Shown here: positions 38,300 through 52,282 of the stretch, one piece after another | Layout of the letters: each line of letters begins with the position of its first letter | Position numbering within the stretch: the stretch's first letter is position 1 | DNA from: Tubiluchus corallicola | Lineage: Eukaryota; Animalia; Priapulida | Length of the DNA: 53,286 nucleotides | Assembly: GCA_030141605.1 (NCBI GenBank) | Contig: JAQGDQ010001234.1 | Coordinates: 1 to 53,286 of the forward strand | Reading direction: 5' to 3' | Notes under the pieces: generated by a model | Database searches by the model: none | What the model was told of the DNA's origin: nothing | Seen by the model: the letters and a program-made list of their open reading frames with translations, nothing else | Made by a program: the position numbers and the translations under genes

Positions 38300-38731
38300 T
38301 GTTCTTGTTGGCATGCCTTCTGTCTCGGAAGACAATGGAGTATGCGCAAAGAGAGTCAGTTATTGATCACACTGATGGAGCTGCAGCGTCGACTGTGGCT
38401 GAGCAGTGCGATCCTTGAACCACTGGAGTGGCCTCTCCAGGGCGCACGCCTGGGCAAGGTGTATGGAGATCCTGAGTTGCCCAGACAACAGGAACCCCCT
38501 CTCTTCCTCCCTGGTGTAGTCCAAACGAAAGTGGAGCGATACGTTTGGCACCAGGTTGGCTGCAGGAGCTGCCGGAGTCAGTGAGCATGCTGCACTGGTC
38601 CGCCTTCGGGGCTCCACTCCTGATTTGGAAGGTTTACTCCTCTACACATGGCTGTTGGGTCACTTGACGTCCTTCGCCTTCTAGCCGTTGGCTGCTTCTG
38701 CAGCTCCTCCACCTAGTGTCGAGATACAGTG
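38300..38731 (-). mobile_element. 5'-truncated copy C of the same SINE (no 5S head), in the TMTC3 intron
   Basis: Body and tail align by eye with copies A and B; homology stops just before the 5S head. Confidence 0.88.
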
Positions 38732-39483
38732 CTATTGAACAAGTACATCGTATTCATACATGCTGACCATAAATGGAAAGGTGACCTGTACAGACTACAA
38801 GTTAAACCAATATCAAAGTGTACTTGGTTTCTTTGAGTAAAATAAATATTATTACAACGGAAGGGCTGTCTCATGGCTTCTATATTTTGACTACTTAAAT
38901 AATGAATTTCTCTCTAAGAATAAAATTAATAATTTAATTTTAGGCTACTAAAGGGAAAGGGAAAACATTTAGAAACAGAATAAATTTATCTCTATACAAT
39001 TAGTCAAAAGTGCCTATAGGTGGCAGCACACATCATTTCAATACTTTACTGTAGTATACTACAAATTAAACCTTGCATTAATACAAACAATCGCGACATC
39101 GTCAGTGTCCAATTGACCCACCGACTTACTTTAAGTACAGAGTTGTACAAAATTACTGCAAAAATACTCACTGCAGCTAAAATATGATATTCGGTTCTGT
39201 GGTGTGCAGTGAGAATTTGCAGGAAGCCATATTCAATTCATGAGAAGGAAGGATTTAACACGAGTTTCTAATTAGAGGTTAAAGACGCTTTCAGAGAAGC
39301 TGCTGAAAGCAGGTATGTCTCTAATTAAAGCACCTTTATTTACACCTGAATCTTTTACAACTGCCGTCATGACAGGATGCGTAAACTAGAAGTATTGCTT
39401 AGTGTTTGGCATACGAACCACGTGTGTGGCCTAGAGGCAGGATGTATGTGCTTCATGCGACTGGAGGAGGTTCATAGGCCTAC

Positions 39484-40847
39484 GTGGACCAGATGACCAG
39501 ACGCCTCCATTAGCATGCATGGACCAGATGCCTTCATTAGTATGTGTGGACCAGATGACTAGGTGCCTTCATTAGCATACATGGACCAGATGCCTTCATT
39601 AGCATACATGGACCAGATGACTAGGTGCCTTCATTAGCATACATGGACCAGATGACTAGGTGCCTTCATTAGCATACATGGACCAGATGACTAGGTGCCT
39701 TCATTAGCATACATGGACCAGATGCCTTCATTAGCATACATGGACCAGATGACTAGGTGCCTTCATTAGCATACATGGACCAGATGACTAGGTGCCTTCA
39801 TTAGCATACATGAACCAGATGACCAGACGCCTCCATTAGCATGCATGGACCAGATGCCTTCATTAGTATGTGTGGACCAGATGACTAGGTGCCTTCATTA
39901 GCATACATGAACCAGATGACTTCATAAGCATACATGTTCTAGATGAGCACACACCTTCAATAGCATACATGTTCCAGATGACCAGACGCCTTCAATAGCA
40001 TACATGTTCTAGATGACCACACACCTTCAATAGCATACATGTTCCAGATGACCAGACGCCTTCAATAGCATACATGTTTCAGATGACCACACACCTTCAT
40101 AAGCATACATGTTCTAGATGACCAGGTGCCTTCATAAGCATACATGTTCCAGATGACCAGACGCCTTCAATAGCATACATGTTTCAGATGACCACACACC
40201 TTCATAAGCATACATGTTCCAGATGACCACACACCTTCATAAGCATACATGTTCTAGATGACCAGACGCCTTCATAAGCATACATGTTCTACATGACCAC
40301 ACACCTTCATAAGCATACATGTTTCAGATGACCACACACCTTCATAAGCATACATGTTCCAGATGACCAGACGCCTTCAATAGCATACATGTTCTAGATG
40401 ACCACACACCTTCAATAGCATACATGTTCCAGATGACCAGACGCCTTCAATAGCATACATGTTTCAGATGACCACACACCTTCATAAGCATACATGTTCT
40501 AGATGACCAGGTGCCTTCATAAGCATACATGTTCCAGATGACCAGACGCCTTCAATAGCATACATGTTTCAGATGACCACACACCTTCATAAGCATACAT
40601 GTTCCAGATGACCACACACCTTCATAAGCATACATGTTCCAGATGACCAGACGCCTTCAATAGCATACAAGGACCAGATGACCTGACGCCTTTATAAACA
40701 TATATGAATCAGATGACCAGGCGCCTTTATAAACATACATGAACCAGATGACCAGGCGCCTTCATAAGCATATGCAAACCAGATGACCTGATGATTTTAT
40801 TAGCATATATGCAAACCAGATGACCTGATGATTTCATTAGCATATAT
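39484..40847. repeat. 35/27-bp minisatellite with sub-arrays
   Basis: Left: tggaccagat(gactaggt)gccttcattagcataca. Right: ttcataagcatacatgttccagatgaccacacacc. Confidence 0.96.
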
Positions 40848-41947
40848 GGCAATTTATTCCACGCCACTAGAGTTCGCCACTACGCTCTTTCTATTATTCA
40901 CCTTCTGTTTGCAGAAGCCACTTTAGCCTATAAGCCATGAAAAATTGCCGATCATTCAAATCTCATCTTCTTCATCCTCTCATTTGATAGATTGCTTGTT
41001 TCTTACAGCTTTCGTAATCCATCTTGCCTAACCTACACAAGCAATATAAAATATTAATAATAAAGGCTTGCTTGATGGCAACTCTAACCTAGATTCATTA
41101 CAGCAGGAGCTCAGCTATGATGCCAATGTATCTATGACGTACAAAGTAGCTGACAATAGATACAGGAAGTAATCCGAGTGGAACTAGGAAGCCAATTTGC
41201 GATGTGATAATTAGGAAAGGGGAATTACAGCAACTGCAATTTTAAAAAGGGGTGCAATTGATCATCTTATTTGGTTGGGAAGCTTCCTTCTTTTTTATTC
41301 TTATAATTTCGATTTTGTCATCAAAAAGGAACGTTCTTTACACATGATTTATCCAAAAAGTTTTTAAACTCAAATTACTTTTAGTTACTGGCGATCCATG
41401 AATATGTATATAATATGAATTTTATTGTTCTATTTTTATTTGGGGCATATAATATTTTATATATTATATAATAATATATAAACAAATACATACCTAAATA
41501 AATAGACATAAAAAGTTAAATGAATTTTAAAATATGTCTCGCTGAATAATTTGTAAAATTGAACTTCTATGTATGTAAAATAAGCTTTACATACATACAG
41601 CTATCAAGCTGTAAAATATAGCATGATACATATTATACATAATACGAAGTTACCTACATAACTAGTAACAAATTTAAAATACTTCTAACTGCCAAATTTC
41701 TGATGTTCTTGTTGTCATATAAAGCATTAAGGTTGTTAAACATTTTATTTCTTGTCATTATGTAGTCTGAGAAATTTAGAAAAAAAGTGTTCATGTGTTT
41801 CACTACAAGAACAGTAAGGTGATACTAAAGAACCATCATTATTTTTGCAACTTTTTACTTTAATCTGCAAGGTCCAAGCTCACGTTGTATATTAGAAAGA
41901 TTGGCTTCCGTAACGATGATTTTTCACGTAGTTTTCGCATTCGCAAA

Positions 41948-43193
41948 GTTCTGGCTTCATATGTTATGTATGGACAACGAAGCCACTGCAATACTGGACG
42001 TCTAAGGTTAATTACTAATATAAACATGCTGTTGAAATTTCAACTCATTAAGTTGTGATTATTTGATTAGTTTGAGTCTTGATATCTGCAATTAGGTGTA
42101 CTTTGTGAATAGAATATCTCTAATGGTATTTTACATTGCTAATATATTACCATGATATGTACTGGACTATAACGCAAGAATTGTACTATCATAATTGTCA
42201 TTGTTTTTGTTATTGGAAGTTGCTATGTTGGCATTTAAGATTTTACTGAACAATAGGAAACGTCTAACACGTAACAATGTGCAGACGAAATTCCTAGATT
42301 CTGTCTCCATAGTTCTTGGCTTCATATGTTGCGTTGATATTTGGATCTCTTGCGTTTCATCTTCGATGACAAGTGCCCTTTTCTGGCTTCTTCTGCATGA
42401 CGCAGGAAGGTATGTAAATTAAGTGTGTAACTATTGGCTTCTTTTACTAGAAATCAAGGTCTAGCTGCACAAGGAAGCCACTGCAATACTGCACGTCTAA
42501 GGTTAATTACTAATATAAAGATGCTTGTGGATGCGCCCAGTCCAGGCAAAGAAACGGCAAAAATCGGTATTGAACTGCGAGATAGACCTGCAATTTATTA
42601 AAATAACAGATCACAAAAAGTGCTTAAGAACGTGCTAAAGCTTATTACTATTTAGACAAAATGAAAAGTTAGATTTAAGAAGACTGAAACACGAATTATT
42701 ACTTCGTGATTCTAGAGATTTGAAGCAATTCTAACCAATTTAAACTATTAACTAATTATTAAAGTAGATGGTGACTTACATTTACTGGTGACAACTTTGG
42801 CTTGAAAATACAACTAGTGACTGTTAAATTGCAACAAAATAGGCAAAGCAATGCAAGTATCACCAAACGGCATGATCAGCATAGCGGCAACAGAAAATCT
42901 AACTATAATCGATTCGAAAAATAAGCCCCCCCCCCAATGGCATGACACTAGATCGAGACCTTTCGTTTGATGTATAGATCGCCGCAAATGGTGCCGTCGT
43001 CGGAGTTGTAGCCTCGAATCTTATATATATATAAATATACCAGCAGAATTAATATATACGATATATACTGGACTATAACGCAAGAATTGTATTACCATAT
43101 TGTCATTGTTTTTGTTATTGGAAGCAGTTGTATTACTGAACAATAGGAAACACGTAACAATGTGCAGACGAAATTCCTAGATTCTGTCTCCAT
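41948..43193. repeat. Local segmental duplication with intervening insert
   Basis: gaagccactgcaatactg..gtctaaggttaattactaatataaa at ~41980 and ~42474; tactggactataacgcaagaattgt...gattctgtctccat at ~42160-42310 and ~43066-43193. Confidence 0.8.
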
Positions 43194-43603
43194 TACGTGC
43201 CTTGACAAAAACGTTTTGTCGGTAACTGCAATTATCGATTCGTTTTGAGTTTCTCTCTCTCTCTCTCAGAGTACAGATATCTGAACCGGTCGGTCAGTAG
43301 AAATCAAGCGTGAAGCCAGTGAAATTCACGGTTGTTGATGCCACTATACCCCAAAGACTTTAGAGGCTGTATCAACTGTGCAATAATCAAGCGAGCTGTA
43401 GACGAGTTCATCAGACTTGGTAGAAAACTGAAAAAACACATGTTTATGAGGAGGTCAGTTAGTACAAGTCAGCTGCGAAGCCAGTCACTCAACAAAAATT
43501 AACAGCAAAGAGCAAGAAGCTCAGAGTTTGTTGACACCGTTGTAAGCCATAGACTCTAGAGGGCGTATCAGCTGTAGACGAGTTGCAAAGTGGACCAGAC
43601 TAT

Positions 43604-44008
43604 CGTTGTTGTTGTTGTTGTTGTTCGGTGTTACTGTCGTTGTCGGTTGTTGTTGTTGCTGTTGTTGTTGTTGTCGTTGTTCGCTTTTCGTTGTTTTGTT
43701 GTTGTCGTCATCGTCGTCGTGTTCGTTGTTCGGTGTCACTGTCGCTGTCGTTCGTTGTCGGTTGTTGTTGTTCGTTGTTTTGTTGCTGTTGTCGTCGTCG
43801 TGTTCGTTGTTCAGTGTTCTTTGTATGTTGTACTGTTGTACATTGTTGTTGTTGTTGTTGCTACTGCTGCTGCTGTTGCTGTTGTCTTTGTTATTCAGTG
43901 TTCTTTGTATGTTGTACTGTTGTACATTGTTGTTGTTGTTGTTGCTACTGCTGCTGCTGTTGCTGTTGTCTTTGTTGTTCAGTGTTCTTTGTATGTTGTA
44001 CTGTTGTA

Positions 44009-44075
<67 letters not shown>

Positions 44076-44170
44076 GCTGTTGCTGCTGCTGCTGCTGCTG
44101 CTGCTGTTGTTGTTATTGTTACTGTTCTGCTGCTGCTGCTGTTGTTGTTGCTATTCTCGCTGTTACTATC
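43604..44170. repeat. Compound (GTT/GTC/GCT)n with internal ~84-bp triplication
   Basis: Direct reading; ttcagtgttctttgtatgttgtactgttgtacattg occurs three times. Confidence 0.95.
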
Positions 44171-44666
44171 ATTGCCGTTGTACTTTGTTTTCTGTCAATT
44201 TAGCTATTATTTCATGTAACACATACTGAATGACTTGTTCTTTCCTTCAAAGACGTATATTGAAGATACATATGATTATACGTATCAAAGCATCAAGTTC
44301 AGTATCTATACAGCGCACAGCATTAACAATACATGGCGCTACTATCGTGTTTTATTCTATTTATTCCTTATTCTTTCACAACTCATTGAAACATCTCTTG
44401 AGAGATGATTTGACAAATCATAATGGATTTTATTACAATGAATGTGTGGTTGCCTAGAAAGCTCATCATTTACATCTTCGTGTAAATTAACTCGGACATT
44501 TTGAAAGCTTTTTCGGCTTCTGCGCGAATTTTTTTGATGCGCAGAAGAAATAATTGATGTCCGTAATTAGGCGTGTAATGAATGACTCGAGCCGTTATGC
44601 TGTAATTAGCTACGTATGAAATATTTTCCGCGCGATAATTAGCGAAACACTCATAATTAATGAGCT

Positions 44667-45032
44667 ACTAGAGCATCAAACGTTCTTCTTACTAAGTAGC
44701 AAATCGTAACTTATGTAGACTCTAAACACTAGAGCATCAAACGTTCTTCTTACGAAGTAGCAAATCGTAACTTATGTAGACTCTAAACACTAGAGCATCA
44801 AACGTTCTTCTTACGAAGTAGCAAATCGTAACTTATGTAGGTTCTAAACATTAGAGCATCAAACGTTCTTCTTACGAAGTAGCAAATCGTAACTTATGTA
44901 GGCTCTAAACATTAGAGCATCAAACATTCTTCTTACGAAGTAGCAAATCGTAACTTATGTAGGCTCTAAACACTAGAGCATCAAACGTTCTTCTTACGAA
45001 GTAGCAAATCGTAACTTATGTAGGCTCTAAAC
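44667..45032. repeat. 61-bp tandem repeat, 6 copies
   Basis: actagagcatcaaacgttcttcttacgaagtagcaaatcgtaacttatgtagactctaaac. Confidence 0.96.
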
Positions 45033-45213
45033 AATAGCGGCCCAAAGATTCCACCCTGATGTACGCCTTGTAGTGTGTTAATTTTGCTGAAATTGAAAGT
45101 TTGCAATTCTAGCGTGACGCTTAAGTCGTTTATTACGGATTACTTATCTATATCAAAATCGTAATTACATATTATGTTTTCCTTTCTTAATGTTTTCCAT
45201 ATGTTTCCTTGCT

Positions 45214-46884
45214 ATTACATCATTTACTTTATTACATTAAGTTATCTACAGAAGCATGCATAACTATAATCATTTTTTCATTTAAGTAAGGTGAGTGTGT
45301 TAATGACCGTATGGTCGTACACTCACCTCGCACTACTCAAATTATTACATCATTTACTTCATCCTTATTTACATTAAGTTTTCTACAGAAGCATGCATAA
45401 CTATAATCATGTTTTCATTTAAGTAAGGTGAGTGTGTTAATGACCGTGTGGTCGTACACTCACCTCGCACTACTCAAATTATTACATCATTTACTTCATC
45501 CTTATTTACATTAAGTTATCTACAGAAGCATGCATAACTATAATCATGTTTTCATTTAAGTAAGGTGAGTGTGTTAATGACCGTATGGTCGTACACTCAC
45601 CTCGCACTACTCAAATTATTACATCATTTACTTCATCCTTATTTACATTGAGTTATCTACAGAAGCATGCATAACTATAATCATTATTTCATTTAAGTAA
45701 GGTGAGTGTATTAATGACCGTATGGTCGTACACTCACCTCGCACTACTCAAATTATTACATCATTTACTTCATCCTTATTTACATTAAGTTATCTACAGA
45801 AGCATGCATAACTATAATCATTTTTTCGTTTAAGTAAGGTGAGTGTGTTAATGACCGTATGGTCGTACACTCACCTCGCACTACTCAAATTATTACATCA
45901 TTTACTTCATCCTTATTTACATTAAGTTATCTACAGAAGCATGCATAACTATAATCATTTTTTCGTTTAAGTAAGGTGAGTGTGTTAATGACCGTATGGT
46001 CGTGCACTCACCTCGCACTACTCAAATTATTACATCATTTACTTCATTCTTATTTACATTAAGTTATCTACAGAAGCATGCATAATTATAATCATTTTTT
46101 CATTTAAGTAAGGTGAGTGTGTTAATGACCGTATGGTCGTACACTCACCTCGCACTACTCAAATTATTACATCATTTACTTTATTACATCAATTACATTA
46201 AGTTATCTACAGAAGCATGCATAACTATAATCATGTTTTCATTTAAGTAAGGTGAGTGTGTTAATGACCGTATGGTCGTACACTCACCTCGCACTACTCA
46301 AATTATTACATCATTTACTTCATCCTTATTTACATTGAGTTATCTACAGAAGCATGCATAACTATAATCATTATTTCATTTAAGTAAGGTGAGTGTATTA
46401 ATGACCGTATGGTCGTACACTCACCTCGCACTACTCAAATTATTACATCATTTACTTCATCCTTATTTACATTAAGTTATCTACAGAAGCATGCATAATT
46501 ATAATCATTTTTTCATTTAAGTAAGGTGAGTGTGTTAATGACCGTATGGTCGTACACTCACCTCGCACTACTCAAATTATTACATCATTTACTTCATCCT
46601 TATTTAGATTAAGTTATCTACAGAAGCATGCATAACTATAATCATTTTTTCATTAAGTAACGTGAGCGTGTTAATGACCGTATGGTCGTGCACTCACCTC
46701 GCACTACTCAAATTATTACATCATTTACTTCATTCTTATTTAGATTAAGTTATCTACAGAAGCATGCATAACTATAATCATTTTTTCATTAAGTAAGGTG
46801 AGTGTGTTAATGACCGTATGGTCGTACACTCACCTCGCACTACTCAAATTATTACATCATTTACATCACCCTTATTTATATTAA
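45214..46884. repeat. 137-bp tandem array, 12 copies, each with a 40-nt hairpin
   Basis: Hairpin AGGTGAGTGT-gttaa-TGACC-gtat-GGTCG-t-ACACTCACCT; GT positions 45291, 45428, 45565, 45702, 45839, 45976, 46113, 46252, 46389, 46526, 46662, 46798. Confidence 0.97.
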
Positions 46885-47474
46885 ATATATTATTAATTAT
46901 ATTATTTATTTATATTATTTATATATGAAAATAAATTCATAGTTCTAGTAAATAAGGTTTCCACGATTTCCCTCGCCCGAGATCGTCTCTGTGATGTGTT
47001 ACACAATGGACACATGCATTACTGGCATGAAAACAGTTAAGGACTGTCCGATTAGGCGCCATGTCCTGAGCAAGTTCATTCAATTCACTAACAAGTCAAT
47101 TAGGAAAATAACAACTGGAGAACTACAGGATGTAGGGGATTTTTTTATACAAGCAGAAAATTATATACTTACGTTTTATTGCCATTGACAAATAAAGAAT
47201 ATCTTTGTCCGGTACAGCTAGTAGTTTTGCCTTTTACAAAAACTAGTTTGTCAACTTACCTCAGTCTTTCTCATTATCAACAACGAAATCATTTGTGGAT
47301 CACGTGACAGGCTCTCAGACAAGGTCAAAATAATGATGCAGGGCTAAATCTGCTGAGAAAAAACACATTGGTTAATGTAGAAATAATAGCCTACAGTCAT
47401 TATTAGTTTATCTTTTCTAACTACGCTGACACAATAGCGTTATTCAAAATGCGCATTTAACGGGCTATGTAGAG

Positions 47475-47920
47475 TATTTACTGTTATCACTTAAACTTAG
47501 AAAAATATAACAAAGAAATTTGCAAAGAACTGCCTGTAAACTGTAAAGCATAAATTTAAGATATTTTAGCTCTGAGTAGAAAATTTCAGGCATGGTGGTT
47601 GCCGCCATTCACTTGAAAATCATGAGGTAATTGGGAGACTTCGTGACTTTCCGTAAGCGCGCAGAGCTTAAACTAATTCAAACTTCTCCAGCTTACCTAA
47701 TGTTCAAGCAAAAATATTGCAAAATGAAACTATCTATTTTTTATAGAAACATTTGTAAAAACTTATTATACTTTTGGTGAAGATTGACAGCGCGATACTT
47801 TTCTTCAAGGTGAAATACTAATTACACGAGGCGCTTTCACTTTATTGTAAAATCCTTATAACATTTTTCGCGAATTTTTAAATAAGCCTAACACCCTAGA
47901 AGGCTTGACTTTTCCTTTAG
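47475..47920 (+). mobile_element. K1 MITE copy
   Basis: Reverse complement of 4985-5485; ends ggcttgacttttcct|ttag. Confidence 0.75.
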
Positions 47921-48329
47921 ATAGATATAATTTTTTTTAGAAATATTTATAATTATGATTATAGATGCGTTTTTATTGCTGTTGTTTGTTGTGATTATTA
48001 AAAACGCCGTTCAGCTCTGGAATTCACTGTCAGTCGAATTGAAATGTGTTAAAAGATTAACCTGCATTTAAAACCAAAACACAAGCTTTAAAGATGTCAA
48101 GATTTAAACTTACCAATTTGACAACTTACACACTAACGCAGAATTCATTAACCCCAGGCCGTAGTAAACGAGTTAATTTTGAAGATAGTCAGTTTGTAAA
48201 TATGTGAAATATGTAAAGTTTAAGTTTAAAGTTTTGTTTTTGCACTGAAGCATTTGCCTCCGAAAGTATATTTTTTGAACTTTTATTTTGAATTAGTATC
48301 TTAATATTTTGTTATGATTCTCAGTGTTG

Positions 48330-48730
<401 letters not shown>

Positions 48731-49068
48731 AACAAGCCAGTTGTCTCTCTGGAGAAATTTCGAAGATTTCACTAAATGTAACTAGATGACACGAGACGTT
48801 TTACTTGTCTTAAAAGTGTAAATGCACTTGACACGATTGTCGGTCGTATATTTTTCTATGTCTACTTCTCGAGTGCATGAGTCACGTATTCAAAGCATGA
48901 TGATGGATGCGATTGTGCCATGGTTGTTAGGAAAATAAGGCAGTAATGTAGAAAGTGTGTCATCTCAATTGAGCTGACTAGAACGTTAGACGTGTCAATG
49001 GCTTGATTGATTGAATGTAGAAAGCAGAAAAACGTTTCGGTTTGAATTCATTAACGACGCGGCTGTTA

Positions 49069-49300
49069 ATGTATACGTTAATGATAAAGTGATACTGAGA
49101 CGGCGTATTGACTTTGTTGGGTGTATTGTTAAGCTGCGTTCACATCCGACCGTGGGACTGCGTTAGATGGCAATATTTGATGTATACGTAATGATAAAGT
49201 GATACTGAGACGGCCTATTGACTTGGTTGGGTGTATTGTTAAGCTGCGTTCACATTTATCGTCACATCCGACCGTGGGACTGCGTTAGAAGGCAATATTT
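49069..49300. repeat. ~110-bp tandem duplication (2 copies)
   Basis: atgtatacgt..aatgataaagtgatactgagacggc...gactgcgttaga.ggcaatatttg twice. Confidence 0.9.
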
Positions 49301-50074
49301 GAGCTGCAACTGCTACGATTACGTCTTAAAATTCTTTTTGAACTCGTGATAAACACTCCCAGTTGATTTCCCAATCATTTTAATGTTTCGAAGAATTATC
49401 TAAATGCAAAAATTACGTTTTTCTTGTTATAAAGGTGCGTTCAAATTCACGCGACAGAAGCGGTACAGACTGACAAATATAACACATGTATTTGTATGAC
49501 ATGAAATATCCATCTAATATTCAGTAAGTTAGACGTAAAGCACAAGAAAACACTCTTCATAAAATATTAAAGCTTAAAAGTTTGTATCACGTGCTGTGTT
49601 ATTGCATACACAGCTTGCGTTAACAGTAACGCTGTATAAAGATTGAAAATTTAAACTCCCTCGGTGACCGTTAGGGAACTGCCATTTCGATGGTACCGTT
49701 ACCGTTACCGTTTCCCCTGCCACTGCCCGTATTGATCAGTGTGATTCGCGGAGAATTTCAGTCGATTTCGTAATTTTTAAAATATCATTTTTCCTCCAGC
49801 GCCAAATCGCTAAATCTAGTTTTCTTGTTTGGCGTGTAAATAACCAAACAATCAACTAGGTGATTACAGTAACTGGCCAACCAAACACTAAATTAACCAC
49901 AAAACGCCAGCAGTAATGAATTACAGTAACTGTCGCGCCTCGCCACACTTTATTGACTGAGCATTTCCTGATAGATGGGAAAAAATAATCCTACCACTCA
50001 ATTTAAGTTTATTGCACAGGGCCAGGAGCGCAAAACTGTTATTTCTTGTTCTGAGTCTTCTCTTCTTTGGTTTC

Positions 50075-50382
<308 letters not shown>

Positions 50383-50767
50383 GTCAATGATTTAAATTTG
50401 CATTTTAATATAATATATATATATCCGAAGTAGAACAATTCAATAATAAAATAATGTAATAAAATAGAGGTTTTATTAATAAAGATATTAATTAATATAT
50501 ATGTGTGTTAATATATGTGTGTTAATATAGTATATACAATGCAAATATATATATAATTCAAAAACATATACGTATACATAAATACTATATAAATATTTTA
50601 TATAGTCTATGAAAACCAGTCCAGGTCACGTGACCTAATATAAGCGTATAAAACCCGGATGGTCGGCATTACCCCCGCCACGCCCCAATGTACGATCTAC
50701 AGATTTTAGCTAGTCCTGTGTAGTATGCAAGTGTAAACTCACCACAATTTCACTTTCTCTGTTTCAG

Positions 50768-50904
50768 GAGCACAGCCACAAATCATATCGTCCGTTATGC
50801 GTGCTGACGTTCAGGTGGAACTACTGGCTGGATGGATTGAATCCACGTGGATATCATTTAGTTAATGTGGTACTGCATGGATTCGTCTGTTTGTTACTAT
50901 ACAG
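50768..50904 (+). CDS. TMTC3: TMTC3-like, second coding exon
   Basis: ctttctctgtttcag|GAG CAC AGC... reads [45 protein letters not shown](R), containing the SHKSYRPL motif of TMTC proteins. In frame with exon 1; donor ag|gttggt, phase 2. Too short for the ORF track. Confidence 0.95.
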
Positions 50905-51171
50905 GTTGGTTTTTTATATTAAACAAAAATGCTTCAAACGACAAGAAATATTGATTTACATGTGCATTTTGTAGTGTTGCATGAAATGTTTTGCGTTGAA
51001 TTATTTACCCCAAACAAGCCGTCCAGCATACAAAATGAAGGCTGATTTGTGTTGAACGAGTAATTTTGCATCACATGTTCATTTAAGTTATGCCAAGACT
51101 CTAATGACAAAAGCAAAATTTAATAAATCCACTTATTTGTCACGTTTTTCTCTGTTTTGTTACTCTCTCAC

Positions 51172-51288
51172 TGTGTGTGTGTATGTGTGTGTGTGTCTCT
51201 TTTTCTCTCTCTCTTTTTCTCTCTCTCTCTCTCTTTCTCGCTCTCTTTCTCAGTCTCTCTTTCTCTCTCTCTCTCTCTCCCTCTCTCT

Positions 51289-51368
<80 letters not shown>
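51172..51368. repeat. (GT)n(CT)n microsatellite
   Basis: Direct reading. Confidence 0.97.
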
Positions 51369-51880
51369 ATTGCCTTTTTTCTTGCTATGGATACGTTCTT
51401 TCGCGTAATTTTTCTAATGAATTCTTCATTGCACTTTTTCTCGCAAGAACGTTCCTGAAATAGCGTGTGATGTTTGCTTTCCAATAAGCAGCAACTTTCA
51501 TCTCTCACCTGCTGTCTAGGTGATGCTAAAATGTGTGATAATAAATAATTTACGCTCAGACGAAGACGCCACCGACTGTGCTTTTCTTGGATAATTAATA
51601 GCGCAAGGTCGCCCTGAGGGGGGAATTCTGGGGCCTTTCTTGTTTGCGTTAATTGTAACGCTGGTTATTAAACACGGCAAATCTGTCAATTATGAAAAGG
51701 AACATTAACAAGTATTAGAATTTTAATGAATTTAGATTCTAATGCTTAATTTTTTAGACTAATTGATGTGTTAATTAATTAATTGATCGATTATTAAAAG
51801 TTTGTTGTAAAACCGAACTGCATATAACCTGATTAATGCAGTGACCATGCAATTAAAACATTTTCTACTTTTTTGTTTAG

Positions 51881-51962
51881 GTTGTGTAAAAATTTTCTGT
51901 GTAATTTAGCCAGTCTGGCAGCAGCAATACTTTTTGCGGTCCACCCTGTACACACGGAAGCG
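51881..51962 (+). CDS. TMTC3: TMTC3-like, third coding exon (gene continues beyond window)
   Basis: ttttttgtttag|G TTG TGT... reads (R)LCKNFLCNLASLAAAILFAVHPVHTEA, containing the LFAVHPxHTEA motif. Phase-compatible with exon 2; donor gcg|gtgagt. Confidence 0.95.
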
Positions 51963-52282
51963 GTGAGTTAACTGTCATTCTTTGTACTTTTCAAACTAAA
52001 TTCAGAAGTTAAATACCTTTTCACCATACAGAAATTTGGCATGATATTGCAGTAACGTTAAAACACACTTAAGAAACTAAATTACAACATTAATTATTGA
52101 TCGTTAATTGCTAATTAGTAAATTCAATATTTACATGTTTAAAGGCTGAAACTATGGGATCAATGCTCAACAAAATTAATGTATGTACTGTGTATAGTTT
52201 AGTACCCTTACTCTCCATTTCGAGCTCTCAATTGCCATATGAGCACAAATAAAAATATTTTTAAATAAAAATAAATAAATAA

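Noticed and set aside
42530-43060. Helitron/Helentron-like insert between duplicated segments
   Set aside because: Could not identify clear termini, hairpin or target site.
45214-46884. CRISPR-like array of palindromic repeats
   Set aside because: The sequences between hairpins are near-identical, not unique spacers; eukaryotic intron; no cas genes.
50624-50635. Scattered (g)tcacgtga(c) E-box/CLEAR-like palindromes as a regulatory cluster
   Set aside because: Isolated short motifs, some inside MITE sequence (e.g. ~11023); no independent support.
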